This document shows positions 1 through 8,269 of a DNA stretch of 64,000 nucleotides, piece after piece (within the stretch, counting starts at the first letter, position 1; the number at the start of each line of letters is the position of its first letter). The position numbers and the translations under genes are program-made. Under the pieces are notes generated by a model. The model worked only from the letters and a program-made list of their open reading frames with translations. It made no database searches and was not told the DNA's origin. Source of the DNA: Bacteroidaceae bacterium (GTDB taxonomy: Bacteria; Bacteroidota; Bacteroidia; Bacteroidales; Bacteroidaceae); the NCBI GenBank assembly GCA_045617485.1, contig JAZLIR010000004.1:13475-77474 (forward strand). The letters run 5' to 3'.

Positions 1-736
1 TTATTGGTATATTTCTTGGGGTTTACATCAAGTTCAATATTCCAAAGTCTTGCGTGGTGTGCACAGATATTCCTTACGTAATTAAGGGTGTGAAGCCAGG
101 AGCAGAATACCTCTTCGTCTGCAATACCAAATGCTGCTGCGATATCTGTGCGATCCTTTCTCAATTTCAGATTCTGACATATCTTTGACAATTCGCTGAA
201 GTACAACAGTTCTACGCTCATCCAGCTGGGAGGTGTCGGCGGATCGTTGTATGTGTTCATATAGTGTTCGATGAACGCAACTCGTTTGTTCGCATTCAAT
301 TGATCATTGATATGTTTCTGTATGTCTGCATACACATCGTATGTCTTTCCGTTCTGGCGGTTAATCTTCGGCGGCATAAACAGATCTTTCTGATCCTGCC
401 AATGCGCCCCGTATTTTAGACTTAACTGATGAATAACTTGAGTCCTGACGGCAATTTCGATTCTTTCAATGGCATCGAATACGAGAAGGCGTAGCTTTCT
501 GTCGAACTTATACAGATTGTAAACATCATCCCAAGTCGTGCCTTCGACGAAATCATCAAGTGGCTCTCCGACAGCATCACGTTTCTTGAAGGGACGCATA
601 TATGCACTCATTCTGTAATAGCTTACATTGGAGAGATGACGCTTTGTTCGTGACTTATCTTTGATTACCATTCCTCTGCCTTCGAGAGTTAGAATCAAAT
701 CCTCAATTGTTTTAGGTGGCTTATTATATTTTTCAT
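1..736 (-). CDS. Abi_2 / AbiD-AbiF family abortive-infection (HEPN-like) protein, partial (3' end runs off the window). The N-terminal motif KPPKTIEDL...NVSYYRMSAYMRPF is in a frame shifted +1 relative to the only nearby ATG (734-736), because the A-tract after that ATG is 5 A's rather than 6.
   Basis: Manual translation of the minus strand at 1-733 gives EKYNKPPKTIEDLILTLEGRGMVIKDKSRTKRHLSNVSYYRMSAYMRPFKK...LLYFSELSKICQNLKLRKDRTDIAAAFGI...YVRNICAHHARLWN, which matches the Abi_2 (PF07751) architecture. No stop is reached before position 1. The ORF track omits it because it runs off the edge. Confidence 0.75.
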
Positions 737-777
737 TGATTGGGTCCTTTCTGCAAATGTACGAAGATATTCTTAAA

Positions 778-1155
778 TCAATCAGAGTTGCTAATCTGTC
801 GGTTGGTTTTTGTTACGCTGATGAGTTCCAAATTGAACGTCCGGATGAGCAGATCCATTTTGTCCCAGTGCTGTGGTGAGATGTACTTCATAACCTCACG
901 CATTACGGGATTGTTGGAATAGAGACCATCGGGCGAGTTCAGTGCTTCCTCGACCCAGTCGTTGGCGGTCTTGAAGGAGAGAAGGACTGCGCGCCGGGGT
1001 GCGCGCTGGGCTTTCTCTATTTCGGAAAGGATGGCATCATCGGGGTTGAGAAGTGGATTGGGGGTGATACCGGGTTTCATCGCGTTTCCTTTCTCTTCTG
1101 AGAGCTGGCTGATGTAGCCGGAGGTTGCTTCGATGCGGGTTTTGCACAAATTCAT
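778..1155 (-). CDS. hypothetical protein (125 aa) immediately upstream of and co-oriented with the Abi gene; possible partner or regulator
   Basis: Intact ORF with TGA stop at 778-780, 41 nt before the Abi ATG. I recognise no family. Confidence 0.45.
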   Translation of the reverse strand: MNLCKTRIEATSGYISQLSEEKGNAMKPGITPNPLLNPDDAILSEIEKAQRAPRRAVLLSFKTANDWVEEALNSPDGLYSNNPVMREVMKYISPQHWDKMDLLIRTFNLELISVTKTNRQISNSD

Positions 1156-1236
1156 AATATGGTGCGGGTATTATAAAAAATTGGTATCTTTGCAGTATTC
1201 TGTAGTGGCATAAACACATATCAGAAAATTCGCTAG

Positions 1237-1272
1237 AGTCCGGGGGCTTCATAAGTCTCCGGACTTGTTTTT
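1237..1272 (+). terminator. hairpin AGTCCGGGGGCTTCATAAGTCTCCGGACT followed by TGTTTTTT
   Basis: Inverted repeat plus T-run read on the plus strand. Confidence 0.4.
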
Positions 1273-1310
1273 TAAAATATTGGAAAGATGTAGGAAAGTT
1301 TGGGGTATGC

Positions 1311-1345
1311 AAATGGCCTACAGATACCTGTAGGCCATTTTTGAG
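1311..1345 (+). terminator. hairpin GGCCTACAGATACCTGTAGGCC followed by ATTTTTG, directly abutting the tRNA-Ala 3' end
   Basis: Inverted repeat plus T-run; on the minus strand it is preceded by AAAAAT, so it may act bidirectionally. Confidence 0.4.
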
Positions 1346-1419
1346 TGGAGCATACGAGACTCGAACTCGTCACCTCTTGACTGCCAGTCAAACGCTCTAG
1401 CCAGATGAGCTAATGCCCC
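1346..1419 (-). tRNA. tRNA-Ala (anticodon GGC)
   Basis: 74-nt cloverleaf GGGGCAT-TA-GCTC...GAGC-G-TTTGA-CTGGCAG-TCAAG-AGGTG-ACGAG-TTCGAGT-CTCGT-ATGCTCC-A. It has the G3:U70 Ala identity pair, U33, A37 and a T-loop GTTCGAGTC. CCA is not encoded. A TACCTTTG box lies upstream at 1453-1460 (minus strand). Confidence 0.9.
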
Positions 1420-1507
1420 GAAAACTACACCCCGTCGGGCTTATTTCAGCGGCAAAGGTAGCAAAAGGTTTGGATATTGCTTATATTCGCAGACGGATTT
1501 TGCGAGT

Positions 1508-2116
1508 ATGAACAGAAAAAATTCCGCCGAACGCATAATACTTGGAATTGACCCTGGTACAAACATAATGGGTTACGGGGTCATCAAGGTGACCGGCAAC
1601 AAGGCCACCATAGTTGCCATGGGGGTCATTGACCTTCACAAAGAAAAGGACATGTACCTGAAACTGGGACACATTTTCCAGCGTATAGGCGGCATAATAG
1701 AAGAATATCTACCCGATGAGATGGCCATTGAAGCACCGTTCTTCGGCAAGAATGTGCAGTCAATGCTCAAACTGGGACGCGCACAGGGAGTAGCGATAGC
1801 GGCGGCAATTAACCACGACATTCCAATACACGAATATGCGCCGCTTAAAATCAAAATGGCCATAACCGGCAACGGCAATGCCAGCAAGGAACAGGTGGCA
1901 GCCATGCTGCAGCGTATGCTCAGTATCAGCGAATCGGAGATGCCCAAGTATCTCGATGCGACCGATGCTCTTGGAGCGGCCTACTGTCATTTTCTGCAAT
2001 TGGGACGGCCCGACACCGGAATCAAGGGACCAAAAAGCTGGAAGGAATTCATAGCCGGCAATGCTGACCGCGTGTCCCGTGGACGGGGCGCAAAAAAAGA
2101 GCCGCCAACCACTTGA
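1508..2116 (+). CDS. ruvC: crossover junction endodeoxyribonuclease RuvC
   Basis: ILGIDPGT...GYGV N-terminus; RuvC family length and conservation. Confidence 0.92.
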   Translation: MNRKNSAERIILGIDPGTNIMGYGVIKVTGNKATIVAMGVIDLHKEKDMYLKLGHIFQRIGGIIEEYLPDEMAIEAPFFGKNVQSMLKLGRAQGVAIAAAINHDIPIHEYAPLKIKMAITGNGNASKEQVAAMLQRMLSISESEMPKYLDATDALGAAYCHFLQLGRPDTGIKGPKSWKEFIAGNADRVSRGRGAKKEPPTT

Positions 2117-2147
2117 ATGGCCGGCGGCAGTTATTCATTACAGGAAT

Positions 2148-3065
2148 TTACCTCCTTAACGGTCTGCGTATTTCATCAAGGACCCTGCGTCTGTCACTGT
2201 CATATCTGAGCAGTCTGACTGCCAGGTCATAGTCTCTTGGGGTTACACAGTACGGATACGCCTTGCACAGGAAATCTACCTTGTCGCTCTCAAAGGTGAG
2301 TGCGTCGGCCAACTGTGCAATCTGACGGGCATCGAGCTGGCCGATGACAGCCATGAACAGCGCCATTCTTCTCTTGTCCGACGAGAACGGTACATCCCTG
2401 ACTTTCTTCATCATTGCATTGATATCGGTCTTGTCGGGAATGTAGATTATGTCAAGGTCATCGTTGTACAGACGTGCATCGTCTATCAGATTATCCATGA
2501 TTCTGTTGCGGTCCGACGAGAACGTCAGAGCGTCGAGTGCAAGGTAGAAATTGCATTTGTCAACTGTCGATTCGTACGCCAGTTCAAGGAATTTGGCTCT
2601 GTCAGAACTGAAAGTAAACAACTTTGCAATGTCAAGAACCTGATCGGAATAGAATACACCATCATCGAGTATCAAACTCCGTACAAGTTCAAGACGGTCA
2701 GAATCAAACCTCACTCTGCCTATCTCCCTTATGGCATAGTCACTTATCGGCCAGAGTTCCCTGCGTGACCTCTCCATGACAATGATGCGTTTCTCATTGT
2801 ACATACGGATATCATTCCTTTTAGGAACGCGCTGTTCGGCCCTTTTGACTGTCACACCCTGTCTGACGGGTTGTCTGCGGTCACTTACCACACGGTCCGG
2901 TTCCGAAGCCCGGCTGCTGACAACCCTGTCAGGTTCGGCAGGCCTTGACGAGACAGCTGTCACACCTGTCGTACGATTGTTTCCGACACTGCGGGACTGT
3001 GCCTGTACAGCACCACCGGCAAGCAGCAATACTACTGCCGACGTCAAAAAAGCATTTGTTTTCAT
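2148..3065 (-). CDS. DUF4476 repeat protein with signal peptide (start moved to MKTNAFLTSAVVLLLAGGAVQAQ)
   Basis: Four to five internal repeats of the FxSDR/FSSDR...L motif typical of Bacteroidota DUF4476; signal peptide. Confidence 0.65.
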   Translation of the reverse strand: MKTNAFLTSAVVLLLAGGAVQAQSRSVGNNRTTGVTAVSSRPAEPDRVVSSRASEPDRVVSDRRQPVRQGVTVKRAEQRVPKRNDIRMYNEKRIIVMERSRRELWPISDYAIREIGRVRFDSDRLELVRSLILDDGVFYSDQVLDIAKLFTFSSDRAKFLELAYESTVDKCNFYLALDALTFSSDRNRIMDNLIDDARLYNDDLDIIYIPDKTDINAMMKKVRDVPFSSDKRRMALFMAVIGQLDARQIAQLADALTFESDKVDFLCKAYPYCVTPRDYDLAVRLLRYDSDRRRVLDEIRRPLRR

Positions 3066-3123
3066 AATACTCAGGTCTAATGTCTTTCTACCTATAAGAC
3101 TTGATTTTTGCCCGATTGTTAAA

Positions 3124-5127
3124 TCACTTCTCCAAAATAACACCTCCAGCCGGTGCTATTTCCATCAGATAGCCCTTCTTTGCCTTAAGCTTGACAGTAC
3201 TGAGCGACGGATTCTCAAACGAGGCATCGTCACTGTAGAGAGCAGCTTCACCGTCGCCCAGGAACGAAAGGTCAATCTTTGTTCTAATTACTTCATCCGT
3301 GGCGTTCATGCCTGCTACGTGCCATTTGCCGTCTATGTCCTTGCGTGCAATGATCACATACTTGCCCGGATAGCCGGCAACGAACTTTGTATCTTCCCAC
3401 TGCGTGGGCGAAGTCTTGAGCCAGTCCATGCAGATTTTTGGAGCATCTTCAAGGTTGTTGGGGCAGATGGCAATGTTCTGTATGGGGTTCTGATAGACAA
3501 TCTGCGTGGCAAGCTGGAAAATGGGACCTGTCATAAGCTTTGAGCCGCGGCCGGCATTCTGCTTGTTGAGAATGCAGTTCATAAAGCAGCCGCCGTACTC
3601 CATGCATCCCATGGTGTTGCGGATGAACGGATGCAGTGTAGCCTTGAAGGCTTCCTCGTTGCAGGCGCCCTGACCGAAATACATGTTCTCGCTGGCAAGT
3701 ACAGCCTCGGAACCCACATAGTTGGGATACATGCGCTCCCATCCGCGAGGCATGGTACAGCCGTGGAATATACACATGAGGCCGTGGTCATCGGCATCGG
3801 AAAGAACTTCCTCATAGAGTTTCATGGTCTCCTGCTTGTCGCCGCCCCAGAAGTCAATCTTGACGCCCTTGCAGTTGACCTTTTCAAGCCATGCCATTTC
3901 CTTTTTGCGTACAACGGCATTGTCCATCTTGTTGATGGGGCTCTGGGTAATGTCATTCCAGTTGCCGCTTGACGAATACCACAGGAACACGTCAACATTC
4001 TTAGAGTTGGCGTACTTTATCAGTTCCTCCATACGGTCATAGCCTATATTCTGGTCCCAGCCGGCATCAATCAGAATGTATTCGAAATCCATGGCGCTTG
4101 CCAGGTCAATGAACTTTACCTGGTCGTCCCAGTTGCACGATGCATCCTGCCATACAATCCAGCTCCATGTACCGCGTCCGTACTTGTATTCATGTGCGGT
4201 TTCAAATACCGGCTCCACATAGTCCCACATCACAGTGGTCTCAACAATGGGAGCAAGAGTGGAACCCACGGTAATGGTACGCCACGGCGTTGAGCCCGGC
4301 AGGCGTACGGCAGGACAGGTGGTACCTATGCCGTTGTTCTCTTCGGGCATGGGGAACTCTATCTTGTAGGTATTGTTCACGCAGTCGCCCAGACGGCATC
4401 CGCAGTATCTGCTGCTGACACCGGTCTCGCAAAGCAGCACCCATCCGTTGTCACCTACATGGAACAGTCCGGGAAATGTGTAGCCGTGCCCGTAACCTGA
4501 CTTCTTGTCCATAGGACCGTCATTGGTATAGCCTTCCTCGTAACTTGGTTTTGTACGCTGCCAGCCTATCATGGCATCGCTCTGGTCAGTCAGGAAAGTG
4601 GTGGTCCCGTCAGGGAAAGTAAAACCTGTGTTCTCAAACAGCACGCGGGTACTGTTGCGCTGCTGACCCGGACGCAGGTTATAACGTATGGCAACATCGT
4701 TGTTGCTTACACGGAATTCGAACTCTATTTTCTGCCTTGAGGCATTCTGCAGTTCAATTACGCGCTGGACATATTCGTGGTTTACATGAGCCTTTTTAAT
4801 GCGGTCAAGCGAATAGTCCACAGTGGCGGCTTTGTCGGTAACATTCACAAGGCTGAGACCTTTGGTAAAGTCGCCGGTTCCGGCATCGCGTCCCTGCGGA
4901 AGCCCCTGGAGAGTAGGTTTTGCACCCATATCCAGCATTATGCCTATAGGGGAATCCATAAGCATATCCCTGCCTTCATATTTGACTGAATAGGTTGGAT
5001 TGTCAGTGTCGGTCAGTTTGAAGGACACAACAAGTTTGCCGTCGGGGCTGGCCAGATCCTGAATCTGCGCCGATACAAACTGGCAGGCTGCCAGCATGGC
5101 AAGTGCCAAAGAAAGATGTTTTCTCAT
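3124..5127 (-). CDS. glycoside hydrolase family 97 alpha-glucosidase (SusB-like), secreted
   Basis: 667 aa with signal peptide; GH97 N-terminal, catalytic and C-terminal domain pattern (WDDQVKFIDLA...GVKIDFWGGD...). Confidence 0.88.
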   Translation of the reverse strand: MRKHLSLALAMLAACQFVSAQIQDLASPDGKLVVSFKLTDTDNPTYSVKYEGRDMLMDSPIGIMLDMGAKPTLQGLPQGRDAGTGDFTKGLSLVNVTDKAATVDYSLDRIKKAHVNHEYVQRVIELQNASRQKIEFEFRVSNNDVAIRYNLRPGQQRNSTRVLFENTGFTFPDGTTTFLTDQSDAMIGWQRTKPSYEEGYTNDGPMDKKSGYGHGYTFPGLFHVGDNGWVLLCETGVSSRYCGCRLGDCVNNTYKIEFPMPEENNGIGTTCPAVRLPGSTPWRTITVGSTLAPIVETTVMWDYVEPVFETAHEYKYGRGTWSWIVWQDASCNWDDQVKFIDLASAMDFEYILIDAGWDQNIGYDRMEELIKYANSKNVDVFLWYSSSGNWNDITQSPINKMDNAVVRKKEMAWLEKVNCKGVKIDFWGGDKQETMKLYEEVLSDADDHGLMCIFHGCTMPRGWERMYPNYVGSEAVLASENMYFGQGACNEEAFKATLHPFIRNTMGCMEYGGCFMNCILNKQNAGRGSKLMTGPIFQLATQIVYQNPIQNIAICPNNLEDAPKICMDWLKTSPTQWEDTKFVAGYPGKYVIIARKDIDGKWHVAGMNATDEVIRTKIDLSFLGDGEAALYSDDASFENPSLSTVKLKAKKGYLMEIAPAGGVILEK

Positions 5128-5190
5128 TATAGGTTATCGGTTAGTTACACTTCATTTTCACGCAAAGATAAGGAAAAACGTTCTTGACTG

Positions 5191-5880
5191 CTACACCAGT
5201 CTTATGGTATTGACGGTTCTGCCGCAGGCTGCACCTTCACGCCGGGCCGAAAAGAAACGCGCGTCAGCGTATGTATCGATTCCGGCAACAAGGATGGACT
5301 GCCGCTTCACCCCCGCCGTGCGCAGTATCCACTCATTGGCTTTCCACAGGTCCAGATGAAGACCGCCCTGCATTGTACCCGGAACACGCTCACCCCGATC
5401 TGTCAGTATCTCAGTCATGGGGAAGCCCGCAGCCGAGAAGCTGTCAGCGACCTCGGTCCCAATCTGGAAACTGTCAGGTCCAATGCTCGGGCCTATCACG
5501 GCATTCACATTTGCCGCATCGGTACCGTACAGTTCACGCATACGCTCCAGAACCGATGCAGCTATCTTCAGGACGGTTCCCTTCCATCCGGAGTGGACTG
5601 CCGCAACTGCACGGTTTACAGGGTCGTACAGCAGCACAGGCACGCAGTCGGCCGTACGCGCACCAAGCGCTATGCCCGGAACATTGGTCACAAAGGCGTC
5701 AAATCCCTCAAGGTCGGCTCTGGTCAGACGGTCACTGTCAACAACGGCTATTCTGCTGCCATGCACCTGATGCCCCTGGACAACATGATATGGCAGGGCT
5801 GCATCGGACATGGGCGAAAAGGCTTCGGCCCCCTGCCCCATGTCATAGCGCACCAGTCTGTCTTCTATTCGCAGATTCAC
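5191..5880 (-). CDS. pgeF: peptidoglycan editing factor PgeF (YfiH/DUF152 laccase-domain protein)
   Basis: HSGWKG motif and YfiH family length; ATGA start/stop overlap with pepD. Confidence 0.88.
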   Translation of the reverse strand: MNLRIEDRLVRYDMGQGAEAFSPMSDAALPYHVVQGHQVHGSRIAVVDSDRLTRADLEGFDAFVTNVPGIALGARTADCVPVLLYDPVNRAVAAVHSGWKGTVLKIAASVLERMRELYGTDAANVNAVIGPSIGPDSFQIGTEVADSFSAAGFPMTEILTDRGERVPGTMQGGLHLDLWKANEWILRTAGVKRQSILVAGIDTYADARFFSARREGAACGRTVNTIRLV

Positions 5881-7325
5881 CTTGGAATACCGGCTAAGAT
5901 TGCAATTACATGTGCAAGAACCATCGGCACGGTTGCCAGCTCAAGACGTTCCGAAGGGGAATGGACACCGCGCAGCGTAGGTCCTACCGATATCATGTCC
6001 AGATAGGGATAAGACTCCAGGAAAAGCCCGCATTCAAGACCGGCATGAATTGCCCTTACCTTAGGTTCATGGCCAAACAGTGAAGAATATGCCGACACGG
6101 CAATGGCAAGCAGTCCGGAATCCGGGTTGGGAGTCCAGCCGGGATATCCGTCGGTGCTTTCAACACTGCCCCCGGCCATTTCAAAGCACGATGCCACAGC
6201 CTGACGCACGGCCAGCTTTGCACTTTCAACGGAGCTGCGCTGGCTGGTGACGACCCTGACCTGTCCGTTTTCTGTGCGTATGCTGGCAAGGTTCGACGAT
6301 GTCTCGACCAGACCTTTCACATCCATGCTCATGGCATACACGCCATTGTGGACAGCCGCCAGCGCCCTGACAATGTTACGGGCAACGGCGTTTTCAATAC
6401 ATTCTGCCGTCATGGCCGATGCCATTCTGAAAACCATACCGTGTTCCGTAGCATGGAATTCGTTTTCAATCTGACTGGCAAAGATATTGAAATCGATTCT
6501 TATGCTCTCTTTCTGGGCCGATGGTATGGCAATGACAGCACGTGCGTCGCGCGGTATGGCGTTCGACAGATTGCCGCCCGATATGCTGCAAAGGCGCATA
6601 TCATACTTTTCCATTGACTGGCACAGGAAGCGTGCAAGAAGCTTGTTGGCATTGGCGTACCCCTTGTCTATGTCGTCGCCCGAATGTCCTCCGTGCAGTC
6701 CGTCAATATCAATCTGAAGGAAGAAATAGCCCGCAGGTACCGATTCCGGCTTGTAATCGAATGTAATGCCGGTATTCATTCCGCCTGCGCAGCCAATGAA
6801 AATCTGTCCTTCGTCCTCGGAATCAAGATTTATGAGCATACGCCCCTTCAGGACTCCGGGTTCCAGATTCATTGCGCCTGTAAGTCCTGTTTCCTCCGAT
6901 ACGGTGAAAAGGCATTCAAGCGGGCCGTGTGCAATGTCATCGGCCTCAAGTATGGCAAGCGCCATGGCTATGCCCATACCGTCATCGGCACCGAGTGTCG
7001 TGCCTCTGGCCTTGAGCCAGCCGTCTTCTACGTACGTCTCAATGGGCTGGGTCATGAAATCGTGGCTGAGCGATGCATCCTTTTCACATACCATATCCTG
7101 ATGCGCCTGAAGGATCACGGTTTCACATTTTTCCATGCCGGCTGTTGCCGCCTTGCGTATAATGACATTGCCGGTTCTGTCCATTTCAGATTCCAGCCCG
7201 TGAACGGCAGCAAAGTCCATAAGAAACCCGCCTATCTGTTCTTCATGTCCCGACGGACGCGGAATGCCGCATATACGGGCAAAGATGTCCATAACCCTGT
7301 CCGACAGTTTGCTGTTACAGTTCAT
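5877..7325 (-). CDS. pepD: aminoacyl-histidine dipeptidase (Xaa-His dipeptidase, M20 family)
   Basis: 482 aa; N-terminus FARICGIPRPSGHEE and M20C architecture. Confidence 0.9.
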   Translation of the reverse strand: MNCNSKLSDRVMDIFARICGIPRPSGHEEQIGGFLMDFAAVHGLESEMDRTGNVIIRKAATAGMEKCETVILQAHQDMVCEKDASLSHDFMTQPIETYVEDGWLKARGTTLGADDGMGIAMALAILEADDIAHGPLECLFTVSEETGLTGAMNLEPGVLKGRMLINLDSEDEGQIFIGCAGGMNTGITFDYKPESVPAGYFFLQIDIDGLHGGHSGDDIDKGYANANKLLARFLCQSMEKYDMRLCSISGGNLSNAIPRDARAVIAIPSAQKESIRIDFNIFASQIENEFHATEHGMVFRMASAMTAECIENAVARNIVRALAAVHNGVYAMSMDVKGLVETSSNLASIRTENGQVRVVTSQRSSVESAKLAVRQAVASCFEMAGGSVESTDGYPGWTPNPDSGLLAIAVSAYSSLFGHEPKVRAIHAGLECGLFLESYPYLDMISVGPTLRGVHSPSERLELATVPMVLAHVIAILAGIPR

Positions 7326-7387
7326 TGTGTTAATTTTTACCCCAAATATACGGCAATAAGCGCAGAAATAACTATCTTCGCACGCTT

Positions 7388-7606
7388 ATGTTTTCAACAT
7401 TTCTGATAGCTGCCGTTTTCCTGCTTGCCGGAGTAGCACTTCTGTCAGCAGGTATCTGGATAAGGAAGAACGGACACTTTCCCAATATTCACGTTGGAAA
7501 GAACCCCGCAATGAGAAAACGCGGCATCGGATGCGTTGAAACACAGGACGCACAGGCACGGAAGGACAACCCGATGGCTGTGAAGGAAAGAAGTGAAACC
7601 AAATAA
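7388..7606 (+). CDS. small membrane protein (72 aa: one TM helix plus charged tail), hypothetical
   Basis: ORF in the otherwise empty gap between pepD and ompH; hydrophobic N-terminus. No family recognised. Confidence 0.35.
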   Translation: MFSTFLIAAVFLLAGVALLSAGIWIRKNGHFPNIHVGKNPAMRKRGIGCVETQDAQARKDNPMAVKERSETK

Positions 7607-7615
7607 ACCTGTATA

Positions 7616-8197
7616 ATGAAATTCAAATCTATCGCTGCGGCTTTGGCCGTATTGTTTTTCTGCCAGTGCCAGCAGGCTCCGGCAAGCAGCCAGGACAACG
7701 GGAACGAGAACCGCACATCGGTTCCGACAACGGGTCTTAAGATTGCAGTGGTCAACGTCGACTCACTCTTGAAGAGCTACAACTTCTGCCTTGACCTCAA
7801 CGAAGGTCTTATGCGCAAGGAGGAGAATTACCGTCTCATACTGACCGAAGAGGCCAACAAGCTTGACAAGGAAATCAGCGACTTCCGCAAGAAAATTCAG
7901 AACAACGTCTTTTCAAGCGAGGAACGTGCAGCATCAGAGCAGAACCGTCTTGACAAGAAGGCACAGGCAATTCAGGAGAAACAGGCCAAATACAGCCAGG
8001 AACTGGAGATTGAAAACGCCAACAACGCCCAGAAGATCAGCGATGCCATTGACGCCTTCCTTAAGGAATACAACAAGGAACACGGCTACAACATGATTAT
8101 TTCAAAAGCCGCCCTTCTGTACTCGGACGACGCAATGGACATTACCGCCGATGTAATCAAAGGCCTGAACGCCGAATACAAGGGCTCCGAAGAATAA
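7616..8197 (+). CDS. OmpH/Skp family outer-membrane chaperone (lipoprotein-type signal)
   Basis: Signal peptide then coiled-coil K/E/Q-rich ~190 aa; OmpH family size and composition. Confidence 0.8.
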   Translation: MKFKSIAAALAVLFFCQCQQAPASSQDNGNENRTSVPTTGLKIAVVNVDSLLKSYNFCLDLNEGLMRKEENYRLILTEEANKLDKEISDFRKKIQNNVFSSEERAASEQNRLDKKAQAIQEKQAKYSQELEIENANNAQKISDAIDAFLKEYNKEHGYNMIISKAALLYSDDAMDITADVIKGLNAEYKGSEE

Positions 8198-8225
8198 TCT
8201 GTCCCTTCAACTACAGTGAACAAAA

Positions 8226-8255
8226 AACAGCCCGCCAAAGCGGGCTGTTTTTTGT
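8226..8255. terminator. bidirectional rho-independent terminator AAAACAGCCCGC-CAAA-GCGGGCTGTTTTTTG
   Basis: Perfect 12-bp stem flanked by an A-run and a T-run, between the convergent ompH and glgP genes. Confidence 0.65.
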
Positions 8256-8269
8256 TTCATGTACTCCGT

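Noticed and set aside
661-922. 72-aa and 60-aa plus-strand ORFs
   Set aside because: Antisense to the Abi start region and the 125-aa ORF. No features.
1156-1420. Integrase or att-site duplication next to tRNA-Ala
   Set aside because: No tyrosine-recombinase ORF and no second copy of the tRNA 3' end was found within the window. The island boundary presumably lies left of position 1.
5271-6006. Several 117-216-aa plus-strand ORFs
   Set aside because: Overlap pgeF and pepD on the opposite strand. Arg/Pro/Ser-rich shadow frames of GC-rich coding sequence.
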